Shown in pieces: positions 12,676-24,424 of a stretch of DNA of 64,000 nt. Source of the stretch: Octopus sinensis (lineage: Eukaryota); contig NC_043015.1 in assembly GCF_006345805.1 (NCBI RefSeq), positions 52,576,001-52,640,000 of the forward strand. The letters run 5' to 3'. Under the pieces are notes generated by a model. It saw only the letters and a list, made by a program, of their open reading frames with translations. It searched no databases and was not told where the DNA came from. Numbering within the stretch: the stretch's first letter is position 1; the number at the start of each line of letters is the position of its first letter. A program made the position numbers and the translations under genes.

Positions 12676-12759
12676 CTACAAAGTCCATAAGACTTGGTGC
12701 AGATATTTGACGAGTGTGACAACCCCCGCACACAACAGATACAGGCACAGTAGCGAAAG
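12676..12759 (-). CDS. mbl: Candidate alternative terminal coding exon of mbl (LSLLCLYLLCAGVVTLVKYLHQVLWTL*)
   Basis: TTTATCATTTGACAG acceptor (AG at 12761-12760), 281 nt after the linker-exon donor. Phase 0 reads 27 codons to TAG (12678-12676). GC-richer unique island in A/T-run flanks; no good donor downstream. Confidence 0.55.
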   Translation of the reverse strand, partial: LSLLCLYLLCAGVVTLVKYLHQVLWTL

Positions 12760-13040
12760 CTGTCAAATGATAAATAACATTATTTAAGGCGAATAATAAC
12801 AATAAGTGAATTTAAAAAAAAAAAAAAATTTAATTTAAACGAAAAAAATGTACACACCCACACATGTAAACTACTTTTTTTTTTTTCTTTTGTTAAACAG
12901 CGAAATTATCATAATTTAACTTTAACCATCCTGCTTGCCCCCAACAACTACAAACACGACAAAAGAAAAAGAAAAAAATACAAAACACAGACAAAAAAGT
13001 AGTTAAAATTAATTTTTGGGTTTTCAAAGTGGATGCTCAC

Positions 13041-13232
13041 CTCTAATCTGTCAGCCCTCGTAACTTTCTGTTGTGCTGTTCCAGGAATTCCTGTAGGCAA
13101 CACCCCTGGAACTTGAGTGGAGACAACTGTTGCTTCGCTTCCAGTGCCGGCCACTGGAACGGTTGGTATTGCTGCATTCAAGTAAGGGTTGAACACAGCA
13201 GATGTCGGGACTGTGCTTATGTATGGAGGGGC
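13041..13232 (-). CDS. mbl: Muscleblind internal exon: linker after ZnF2 ending in the RxDRLE motif, 64 codons
   Basis: Translates APPYISTVPTSAVFNPYLNAAIPTVPVAGTGSEATVVSTQVPGVLPTGIPGTAQQKVTRADRLE. The FNPYL and QQK..RxDRLE motifs match the Muscleblind linker. Long CT-rich tract + CCCAG acceptor, GAG|GTGAGC donor; 192 nt, phase 0/0, joins the ZnF2 exon in frame. Confidence 0.95.
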
Positions 13233-13412
13233 CTGGGAGGAGGTAGAGAGAGAGAGAGAAGGGGGAAAGAAGAAAAAGAAAATACAATGTATAGAATAAG
13301 AACTTTGAATTGGAGGTGTGAAAAATGGAAAAACAAAAACAAAAAACAATTGAGTAATTTACAATTTAAAATATAAATAATGCAATGGAAAAATATTTGA
13401 GAAAATCTATCA

Positions 13413-13443
<31 letters not shown>

Positions 13444-15531
13444 ATATATATATATATATTATATATATATATAAAGAATAAGTCTCTATTCAGATGTTGC
13501 TCGTTTGCTTCTTTCCTTGTTTCTTATATTCAAAAAGAATGAAAAGAGTAACAAACGAAAAGAAAAAGCAAAAAAGACCACCTTTACTAACTTTGAGAGA
13601 GTGAGAGAGAGAAAGAGAGAGAGAAAGAGTGAGAGAGAGAAAGAGAGAGAGAGAGAAAGAGAGAACAGTTGAGTTGGTGGTAACATGTCTGATGCAGCTT
13701 GGGATGTGTTTAAGTCTTATTCTAACTTCATCAGCAAGGCATACCTTGTACCATCCATGTTGAAGTCATGAGAGACATCACAAAGTATGATTGTGTACAG
13801 AAGGTCTAGAACTGTTTAGAGATTTAATCACATAAATAATTGTTAACTACATTTCTCTTAACTTTATAATAATACTATTATAGTATGGTAATAATGCATT
13901 TTATGTACATGCACAGTGATTTAGCTCTGTATGTATGAATTTATATATTTATATATATATATATGTATAGTTAATGAAAAGACAAAGAAGGTCTTTATTT
14001 TCTGCTTTAATTTATAAATATTTTGTGGTTTCCTTTTAAAACATTCTTTAATTCCTTCCTAGGGTAAATCTTTGTTTTTGGATGAAATATTATTATTTAA
14101 GTTTATGGAGCAGGGGAATAAATGACCTTTCTGAGATGGTAGGTGATCAGTCCCTACACCTTAGGGTTGGTGGTAAGGTATCAACAGAATAAACATTTGA
14201 ACATGTATAGCAATTCAATCAATTATATAACATTGCTCTACAATTCTTGTCAAATGATCACTACTACTACTAGTAGTGGTAGTAGTAATAGTAGTAGTAG
14301 TCATATTTTTAACAGCAGGCTCATGTTAAACAGATCTACAATCAAAGATATTCCAATTATAACAATCCTTCGAGTTTTAAAAGACACTGTATAAAATAGT
14401 AACTTTGACTATTTGTTTATTTGCTTAGAGATGGTAGAGTTTGACTCCGTGAAAAGATTTAGCAGCTATTTTTAGTAAACTGAGCAACAGCAAAGTGATT
14501 ATTTCATAAGCTTGGACTGTTTTCATGAGAAGTAGAATTAGAAGTATCTACCATGTGCAAGTGGCCAAGGTACTTAAGTCTTTCTAACACAGTCTAGTTG
14601 ATTGTAAATAGGGAGCATAATAAAGTGCAGCTAACTGCAGTAAGCAGTGGAAGCATTGTATAATTAAAGAGAGTTTCAAGTAGATTGCATCATTGATTTC
14701 AAATCTTACTAACCATTTATTGATGCATATATCTGATACAGAAATATCAATATTCAGTACTTTAAAATGTGACAAATATCGATTGATTGATCGACTGATG
14801 TCAGTCTGATATCAGAAGGGCTGAATTAGTTAAGGTTTGATGGTGGAATTGTAATGTTTGAGCTAATTTTTGTCACGAATATTGTTCAATGAAGTGACTA
14901 TAAAATCCATACTGTGGAAGCAATTTGTTAACAATTTAACCAATATTTACCAAATATGGTTAAAAAACTTAGAATAACAATACAGTGGAGTCAGCCATGT
15001 GAATAGTTGATGCATTCTCAGCCCACCCCAAGGACAAAAAAAAAAAAAGAAAAATCTTTCAAGAAGACCATACTATTGGTAATATAAGAATGATATTAAA
15101 AAAACAAGAAGTTGCACAAGCTAATGGTTTCTTCTTCATGTTTTTTTCTTTCACTTATGTATTTGCATTTAATATGCTTTTTTTTATATATTGTAGTAGC
15201 CTTTTGTTTCCAAGTTCAGTTGAATAAACAAATTTAGTGCAAACTAAAAGTGAAAGAAATAAATGAAGAAAGAAAATCAGATGTAACAATAAAAATAAAC
15301 TAGAAAAAAAAATGAAATGACAAAAAAAAAAAAGTGTAAACAGAAGTGCAAGGCAATGGGATGGGAGGTATCTGTTTTACATAACCAATGAAGCATAAAC
15401 GAAAACCAACGATTGCTCAGTGGAAGGATAAGATTGGTGCAAAGCATACAATACAGGCATAATAAATATTTCTACAATGCTTAGAGGAGCAATGAAATCT
15501 CTGTATGTGTGCATGTGTGTGTATGTGTATG

Positions 15532-15579
<48 letters not shown>

Positions 15580-16776
15580 GATAGAGAGAGAGTGAGAGAG
15601 AGAGGAAGAGATCATAATTGATGAAAGGCTTCTTTTTGCTCCTGAAACAGACAGACAGAGAAACATGAAACTAAACGGTCAAACATTTCCTCAACTGTAC
15701 ATTGGTGAAATGTCAAGATGGAAATTGAATACACATACAGGTTGTCGTCGTACAAATATGTAAATTTTACTTGAGCTATACCAGCCATGCCAGCATCCTG
15801 TGTTCATAGGTAGGATCATGTAGGGACAGATATGAAGAGAGCGTTTACAAACATGTGGCTCTGGGAGATCAAACTCACTGGCATGGCACAATGGAAAAGT
15901 GCTTTCTACCCAAGGTTTATGAATGGGATCTTCTAAACAGGAACACAATAGAAGCCTGTCTGATCAATCATTCTACCTGATGAGTCACATTTTCTTCACA
16001 TCAGCTCCACCCTACACCAGCTTTCAACAATTTCGAGAATCATGCAAGCATCATGGGTTTCTTTTATTCTTTTACATTTAACTCTCCTTACAAAAAGCTA
16101 TTAAGATGACAATTAGAAGGTATATCATCAATGCAGGTATCAACACAGAGGCATACATCTACATTCAGGACTGAAACACTGTATAAAGGAGGAAAGAGGA
16201 AAAGGAGGATGACACAAAGAAGAAGAGAAGAAAACACATAGTAGGAGACTATGGCTCTACAAAATTTCCTTGGCTTTGAAACAAGGACAGGGGATTGACA
16301 CACTATTTTGTAGAGAAGAAGTAATACTATTAAAATAGCAGAAATACATTATAATAATATGCAATTGGAAAAGATTTCTCTGTAGTATAACTGATAATGT
16401 GGTCATCTGTCAAACCATTTTTTACCTGGCCTGAGCAGTACCCCCATTCCATCCCCATCTCATCCTGTAAGTAGGATGTGTAGCTTCCTTCATCAGTCTC
16501 AAATTAGTCAAAAATTATAATGTCAATGGCTTGGTTTAATTAACCAACCTTGGGACCAACTCCATTGAATCTGCAATTGGTTGGCATGCTGAGGCCATCA
16601 TCCATCATCCACAATTGAAAACAATCGAAGGAAACGACTCATATGAACAAGGCTACTGTTTCACTTGATCCTCAAAAGATTACAACAGTCTTCATTCCTT
16701 TCTCTCCATCAAAAACATACAAGCAGGGAGGGAAGCTTTGAACTCAATCAAAAAGAAACCAATAGTTGATACTAAG

Positions 16777-16997
16777 AAGGCGGCAAGCTGGCAGAAACAT
16801 TAAGCATGCCGGGTGAAATGCTAAGCAGTACTTCATCTATTTTTACATTCTGAGTTCAAATTCAGCTGAGGTTGACTTTGCTATTCATCCTTTAGGGGTT
16901 GATAAATTAACTACCAGTTGTGTACTGGGATTGATCTAATTGGCTGGTCCCCTCACCAAAAATTTCGAGCCTTGTGCCTAGAGTTGAAAAGAATATT
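16777..16997 (+). mobile_element. tRNA-derived SINE family B, full length
   Basis: AAGGCGGCAAGCTGGCAGAAAC head, TTCTGAGTTCAAATTC box B, central GACTTTGC.TTCATCCTTT.GGGGTTGATAAATTAA.TACCAG domain, tail CCTTGTGCCTAGAGTTGAAAAGAAT. Confidence 0.85.
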
Positions 16998-17043
16998 GGA
17001 TACTAAGAAATTCTTCAGTTTTCAAAACTGAAATTGCATTATA

Positions 17044-17285
17044 ATGTAGACCAGTGGTTCTCAACCATTTTTGCCTATGGATCCCTTTGACTCCTATCTT
17101 ATTCAATGGGGAAACCCCATAGCCATTCAATGTCTTAAAAGTCCTATTATAATTTTATAAAATCTTAGAAATTGCATTAGAAAATGTTTAAATATTTAGT
17201 GTATTGTAGAAGTATAACTTGTTTATTGCACATAAATTTTAACAGCAAAGTCTTATGTGGACCCCAGTTGAGAACCAATGTAGAC
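17044..17285. mobile_element. hAT (Charlie-like) MITE with 8-bp TSD ATGTAGAC
   Basis: CAGTGGTTCTCAACC at 17052 and GTTGAGAACCA ending at 17277; identical ATGTAGAC at 17044-17051 and 17278-17285, close to the NTCTAGAN Charlie target consensus. Confidence 0.85.
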
Positions 17286-18734
17286 CTTACCCCACTGGTG
17301 GCTGAACCTTTACATACTGCTTACTACCAAGGAGTACAAACCTTCCCAAACAATTTCCTGTTACTGCTCGTATAAAAGATTACACACACCTAGCCTTGTA
17401 ACGAAATTTTGCGGTTAGTAACTATTTCTGTAATAGCTGCGTCTACATGAAAATATACTTAAACAATCGGACACTGACAACGCCAATAATAAGCGCTACT
17501 ACAATGACAATGATGACAGACACATCCAGCACCATTATTATCAATGTATTGTAATAAAAGGCTGCTGACCATTGCTACTACCTCTATATATCAAATAAGA
17601 ATGGCCCCCACACATACATTACATATAAACATAAATATATTTGTGTGCAATTAGGTAGGTATGTATAACTGTATGCTTATGTGTGTGGAGTTACACAAAC
17701 ACATACACAATCAACTGAGACACTACCATGACCACCACCACCACTACATATAACTAAATTGCTTTTCAATAAAAGACTAGTGTTGGTTTATGGAAGCTCC
17801 TTTGGGGTGTGAAGGTGGGTGGGTGGGGTTATTACTAATTTTTTTACTTGCAATTTTTTTTGTTAGTTTAATTACATTAATATACTTAATTAGTAAGCTA
17901 AGCAAAATTAGATTAAAATTTTGAGTGAGTCTTAATTATAAGTATGTAAAAATTGTATTTGAAGTAATATATTGTTTAATTTCCTGTTGAGCTCATAAAT
18001 ATTTCACTGTAATTATTGAATAATATTATATTAATTATTCCCGTTATTATAATAGCATTTGTAGTGGCTCTCAGGAGCTGAACTTAATTATTTATAATAT
18101 TTAGTTTCATTGCATGGTATTCTGAGCTCAAATTCTACCTGGTTCTACTCTACCCTTTTGTCTCTAAAGTAGGTGAACAACCCAATCAAATATACCCCCT
18201 CATATAAAAATGTCTGGCTTTGGGCCAATCTAGCAGAATTGGTAGAATATCAGCTGAAATGCCGGAGGTATTTTACTATGAACTTTTAAATACAGAATTT
18301 CAATTCACGATCAAGGATAACCTGGTGTTTCATCTTTCCGGAGGTACCTGACAAGTACTGGGGGTTTAATTCAATCACATTATACTCCCTGCCAAAATTT
18401 GTATGGTCATGTGCCAAATTTAGAAATTACTATTACTATTGATTTTTCCTTTTTTTTTTTTTCATTGCCACCAGGATAAAATATGAAAGAGATGTGTTTG
18501 GGGATAAAATGGAATCATTCCCATTTTAAACCAATTCACTTCAGCTGCTAATTCTCTTGAGAAAGACATAATTGTCGCACAATCTCATTTCCATATGATA
18601 TAAAATATACACATGTGTGTGTGTGTGTGTGTGTGTATTTACATTTAGAATGCAAAGGAGAATAATTGATATATGCTGCAGAACTTATTCATACAAAGTA
18701 TATGATTCACTCCCTGATTACTCAGAGTTCTGCA

Positions 18735-19072
18735 GGAGTGGCTGTGTGCTAAGAAGCTAGCTTCCCATCCACATGGTTCCAAGTTCAGTCCCATTGCATG
18801 GCACCTTGGGCAAGTATCTTATAATATAGCTTTGGGTTGACTAAAGCCTTGTGAGTGGATTTGGTAGATGGAAACTGAAAGTCCATCGTATATGTGTGTG
18901 TATGCCTTACCTTTCCCTGCCACTTGACAACCAGTGTTGGTGTGTTTATGTCCCTGTAACTTAGAAGTTCAGCAAAACAGACTGATAGAATGACTAGAAA
19001 TCCTTCGAAGCAGTGCCCCAGCATGGCCACAGTCTAATGACTGAAACAAAAGATATAAGATATTTACTAATT
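18735..19072 (+). mobile_element. tRNA-derived CORE-type SINE (family A), near full length
   Basis: Head GGAGTGGCTGTGTGCTAAG with box-B-like GTTCAGTCCC, CORE-like GCACCTTGGGCAAGT, internal (TG)n, 3' part ending CATGGCCACAGTCTAATGACTGAAACAA. Recurs in the window and resembles the octopus OR-type CORE-SINEs. Confidence 0.85.
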
Positions 19073-20914
19073 TCTCTTATTGGACTGTGGCTGTCCTGGA
19101 GCACCTCATTTAAATGTGTATGTCTGTGTATGCCCCTCCACTCACATACACACAAAGAGTTGGCACATTATAGCCAAATGATTAAACAAATTTGTTTCAG
19201 AATTGTGAGGTTCCGGCTTTGATTCTGCAAAATGGCATCTTGTTCAAATGTCATTTTCTCCAGCCTCACTGTTGACCTGCATCTTGTGAGTGATACTGGG
19301 TAGATGGAGACTATGCAGAAGCCTGTCAGATGTATAGTACCTACAATTTAAAGGTCCAATCTTGTCAGTCTGCCTGAGAATTCCATTAAGGGTACACACT
19401 TCTGTGTACATGTGTTAGCCACCTACACACCAATTTAACAAACCTGGTATTCAGTTGACTGAACAGGTGAATATTTAGAGCCAGAAATTCTGACAGCTCA
19501 TTAGTGTTTATTAAACAACTGAGTTGCACTCCCCCTTTTCTGCATATAGGTTTGCAGGGGATGGGCTCCACCAAAACTGCACGTGAAATCTCTGCTGGCA
19601 TCCTTAAGTTTCCCCTTTCACAAAAGACAGAGACATAGGAATTTTGTTGGGGAGCAAAAAAAATTTTAAAAGAGCATGTCTGGACACTAACAGCCATGTA
19701 GTTTTATCTTGCTGTTATCTTGAAAAACAACAACAGATGCTATTTTGTAAATTAGATGCAATAGTTAGTGCAGCAATATCTAATACACGGCTGCAAAAAG
19801 GATAAGTGCAGCAGCAGCAACAACAACAACGACGATAACAATCACAATATTGACTGAGTGAAGGGTATCAGCTACAAGTATTACAATAGTAGCAACAACA
19901 ATAAAAATAATGCAATAAATGATTGTAACAAGACAAGCTGTATAAGTAATAGTAGCGAAAATATCAGCAGTGATAATGAAAGGGAGTACTTTGCATAATC
20001 AAATTATCGGATGGTGGGTCTGAGATCTACAGCTGAAGCTTGTAACAATGGTGATGTGTGGGTGGCTAATCGGTATACCAGCAGCATGAGTAACATATCA
20101 TATCAGACTGGCATATAAGGTCATAGAATTGAAGTCAGGAGAGATGAGGTACCAGAGAAGAAAACTTAATGTATGGGAACTAAAAAGTTATACAGAACAG
20201 TAAAGGTTTGTGATGGAAAGGAAAACCAGACATACAGCGTGGTATATCAGTGAAAGGATAAAGTTCAGAAGCTCAACTGGATATATACAAATTTGGCATA
20301 GTGAGGGCCAAAATATGTGTAGATCTCTGAAATTGGTAGCCAATATTCAGAAGTAATCCTTAAGATAAACATATTTGGCAGACACTACAGATACATGATT
20401 GCTTGATTGTGGAACCATATCCATCTCAATTAGAGACAGTCTTAGTTCAGTTAATCAGCCTACCAAAATTAGCATCTGAATTATCTCCAAATCACATTCT
20501 ACAATTATAGGATAAGAAAGAATATATTAGAAAATGCAGTCTAAGATACACTTCTCAAAAGACAAGACAGCCATGGAAGAAATTCCATTAATCATATCTG
20601 TTCAACAGGAGTTGACCTGGGGCTAAACAAGTTAACAACCAACAGTGTCTACTTAGTATTCAAAGTAGTCATAATTAGGATAAGATCAGTTCCTATTACA
20701 CACTTGGTGCAGAAAAAATAAATAATGCTCACACGCTTTGTGTGTATTAACCCTATCAAAGCTGAACCTCCATGTCTAACTTTACCCTCCACCTGGGCTC
20801 CTGAACAAAAAAATAAATACTTCCAAATACAACTCAAGAGTAATGATTACAGACAAACAAATAGACAATCACGGAAAAATTCAGGAGAATAACAATAACA
20901 AGCCTATCTTTCAA

Positions 20915-21307
20915 CTACCATATTTTTTCACCTGAATCGCTACTTTCCTTATCAATTTCACCAGTTTGAATGTCCAAACCACTCTCATTGTCTTCACTCA
21001 AAGAATAAATATCATCAATAATTTCCTCAGCTGTAAAGAGTCTAGGCCTTGCTTGTTTACCAGGTGAAGTGCTGGGTTCATCACATGCTCATTTCACCAC
21101 AAAAACCTGGGGCTTTTCCCCCCCATAAAATACAAAAGTAAACAAGAGCTAAAGGGGATACCATCAATAATGAGTTATAAACACACTTGACTACAATGCT
21201 GTGAGGTGATTGGTTGTCTATTTTTAGTATTTTATCTTCTGTTTGTTGTTTATTACTGCATTAATGGGAATCTGGTTGAGATTCCCATTAAAGGATGAGA
21301 GGATTAA
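20915..21307 (-). mobile_element. piggyBac-like transposon 5' relic (acidic transposase N terminus, frameshifted)
   Basis: The minus strand reads DEPSTSPGKQARPRLFTAEEIIDDIYSLSEDNESGLDIQTGEIDKESSDSGEKIW*, resembling the RxFTAEE..SD..ES acidic N terminus of piggyBac/PGBD transposases. The ATG at 21092 is one base out of frame; a TTAATCCTCTC terminus-like end lies at 21307. Confidence 0.5.
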
Positions 21308-22517
21308 CTATTGAGCTTTTGTACAAGCTGAAAATCTTGTGTGTCACCATCTTGGACTGAGACTAAAACTGATGACAGCAGTGTCTCTTCATGCAAAATA
21401 TGTCACCACAATTTTGTCAGGTATTTCAAAAAACTGAATGAGGAGCTAATGGGTATAATAACAAGAAGACCATCAATTAAACTGCTGTTTAGTTGTTTGT
21501 CATAGAACATGCATATGGATGATGTGGTTTGGTGACTGCAGTGCCATGGGTCATCATCACCTTATCAAATCATTCAGCTGTGTACATATGCATGTACCTG
21601 AGTATCTATGCGTTGTATGCCAGGCTGTTACACTTATTACTGTCAAGAAACTGTAGAATATTGAGAAAGTAAATTCCAGGCAATATTCAGATCCATCAGT
21701 CCATTCATTGATTTACAATCTGACTTCAAACCCTTGCATGCCTAACATGACCACAGTCCAATGACTAAAATCAGTCAATGAGTAATGCCAAGCTGGAGAT
21801 ATACGCCTTTCATATTTTCAGGGATAAATATAGTAACCATAATATATGAAAGAAGTGTCAAGGGTCAGTTTAATAAGTTCTGTGTCTAGTTAACAACAAA
21901 CATACATGTATTTATATACATACACAGACAGCTCACTCTATCTATAGATATGAAAGGAAAGACATTCAATACACTGTTGTGTCTGACATATTACATAAGT
22001 GAGACCCTAACATGAATTGGAAAGCTGATAACGGAGATTATTCATGCAATCTGTAGACAAAAGCTTCCTCTAGGGGAATGTTTATATAATAGAAAAGGAA
22101 GGTGAAAAAAACAAAAACACGGAAGGTGGCTCTGATAAAATATCTCAGACTGCTACATTGTGAATTCAAACACTGACAAGGCTAATTTCACCCTTCAATT
22201 GCTCTACTGTTGATAAATTGCATGTATTAAATACCAGTAATAAAGTGGGTCAAAATAATTAGCTAGATATCTCCCACCACAACTACACTTTTAGTTAAAA
22301 AAAAAACAAAACAATGTGTCCTTGTACCTACTGAAAAACCATTATCTTTGCTCTTGTTGCTGTGATGTGTATGTAGACTGTCATACATACACAATACTAG
22401 ATACACAAATATACACCTATCTACTTTTCACAGCAGAGCTTGTAATCTTAATTTCCCATTAAAAGCTCTGATGTTATCACCATGTGATGTGTATACACAC
22501 ACACAAATACATGTGTA

Positions 22518-22579
<62 letters not shown>

Positions 22580-22624
22580 AATACATATAGATATATACAT
22601 ACATATAAACGAATTATATATCTA

Positions 22625-22675
<51 letters not shown>

Positions 22676-23315
22676 CACACACACACATATACGAATATCT
22701 ATGCATACACATATGTGAATGCATGCACAGAGATGTACACACACACACATATGTACTCATACACACAGATATACATATATGTGTGTGTGTACACACACCA
22801 ATCCACATACATACATGTTTGTTTATTTATTGTGAAGAGACAAGATATGAAGTTTTACCTGAGCCAAGTCCCAGATAATTTCTATTCTATCTCATTTTCA
22901 TTGCTTTTATCAAACTAAACATTTCTGCCTTCCTTTCATTCTTCCTTTTCGAAGATAAAATGAAAAATCTTAAATTAACAAATGCAAACTGACTGTGTGC
23001 AGTGCGTTAAGGTTACTATAGATGATCTAATGATAGTATTTGTATTCGTAAGAGTAACAGTAGTGTTGTTGACGCTGATGATTTTTTTGTTTCAACAAGA
23101 GACATATTGATTTAAAAAAGAGAAAAAAACCTTCCAGTTATGACCACCTCACCATATATTTCTCTTCCAGTCACACAAGAAGTAAACTACATTATCAGCT
23201 GTGTGCATGTGCATGTGTGTGTGTATTAAGATAGTTGGTTGTGATCTTAGTAAAATTAGGCAGTTATTTCTAGCAAATGAAATGATTACTAGAGTCTGTA
23301 GCACGTTAAGTCAAT

Positions 23316-23517
23316 GTTGTTGTTGTTGCTTAGCTCCAGGTCAGACCTCACTGAACATTCTAACATTCCGGCCATGATCATCTTGTCTTTTTCACTTGAG
23401 CAAGGAACCCAGGACCGGATGATCTAATGTGTCCCCTTCAAGATGGTAATTTGTTATCTGTGGGAAATTTGGCTGCTATCTCTAACAAGTCAAGAAACCA
23501 CATAAAGGCAGCCTCTT
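23316..23517 (-). mobile_element. Family D SINE-like repeat with a (CAA)n end
   Basis: TTGTTGTTGCTTAGCTCCAGGTCAG...CATTCCGGCCATGA...GGAAATTTGGCTGCTATCTCTAACAAGTC. Strand is assigned from the CAA tail. More than 12 degenerate copies occur in the window (e.g. 20455-20645, 25055-25170, 46605-46790, 46830-46960, 58975-59143, 60270-60495). Confidence 0.7.
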
Positions 23518-24424
23518 TGGCTGGTAATCATGATCGTTGTGGACTTGGAGTTTGTGGCATTTGCGATGTTAATAAAAGTAGAGGTGATGGTGGTTTTAAA
23601 GGTTAGTAATGATATCATTACAGGTGGGTGGGTGGCAATGGTAATAGTAGTAGTAGTTGTGATGGACTTGTGGCCAGATGGTGGTGTAACAGTTGCAGTG
23701 TTAGAGATTCAGGTTCAGTTCCGCTTTGCAGTACATTAGTTGAATGTTTTTTATCGAGGTCCTGAGCAGACCAATGCCTTATGAATAAATATCAGAGACA
23801 AAAACTGTAAGATGCCCACTATATATATAGTTAGATATTTATCTGTTTATTCTGGATGTTCTAGTACATTTAGAACAAAGATGGTAAATTTTCTTCACAA
23901 TAATTCTATTTTTGCAGTCACATGATTTAATATAGTCTTAAATTTATGTTCAAATCTAATGATACACTGAGACAATAAGTGAGGTCAAAGTTGTATTGTG
24001 TACAAATAGCCTTTTAGAAATAGCCTTTGTGTGTTTATTCTTGAGTAATACTTATACCAGAGTAGTTTGTTCAGTATGGCAGCACAGCATACACATGAAT
24101 GAGAAAGAGAGAGAGATCACCAGCCATAAACATGCATCATGAACTAATCAAACCGAATGGTAGCAAAACACATTGCATACATGCAAGCACACAAGAACAC
24201 AATCAATGATAACCATGAAATATTATAATGTAAGCCTCAAATCTCCATAAATGTACACGCACACACACACACACACAAGTGAATATAAAAAGGAGATAAG
24301 AGCAAATTCTATGATTGGTCTCAATGAGGAAGAGATTTTGCGAGATATTACAACAATTATATTACCAACAAATTATCATCATCATCATCCAGTGTTTTAA
24401 ATCAGAGTTTTGTCCCTGTTAACA

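Noticed and set aside
12513-12731. ORF MRGLSHSSNICTKSYGLCSSSSS as the reading frame of the candidate last exon
   Set aside because: It is shifted by one base relative to the phase-0 donor of the linker exon and starts at an alternative (GTG) codon.
12948-13349. 133-aa ORF as a stand-alone gene (likewise 47999-48316)
   Set aside because: Only the central part is the mbl exon; the flanks are translated polypyrimidine tract and intron.
13051-13376. Overlapping alternative-frame and antisense ORFs over the linker exon
   Set aside because: Shadow ORFs of a GC-richer real exon; no independent support.
15690-16030. Unique-looking GC-balanced segment with an 85-aa ORF
   Set aside because: No recognisable motif or splice sites; probably an old transposon fragment that I cannot classify.
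18735-18810. tRNA-like heads with A/B boxes (also 16777-16865, 1252-1320)
   Set aside because: They are SINE heads continuing into repeat bodies; no complete cloverleaf, so they are not called tRNA genes.
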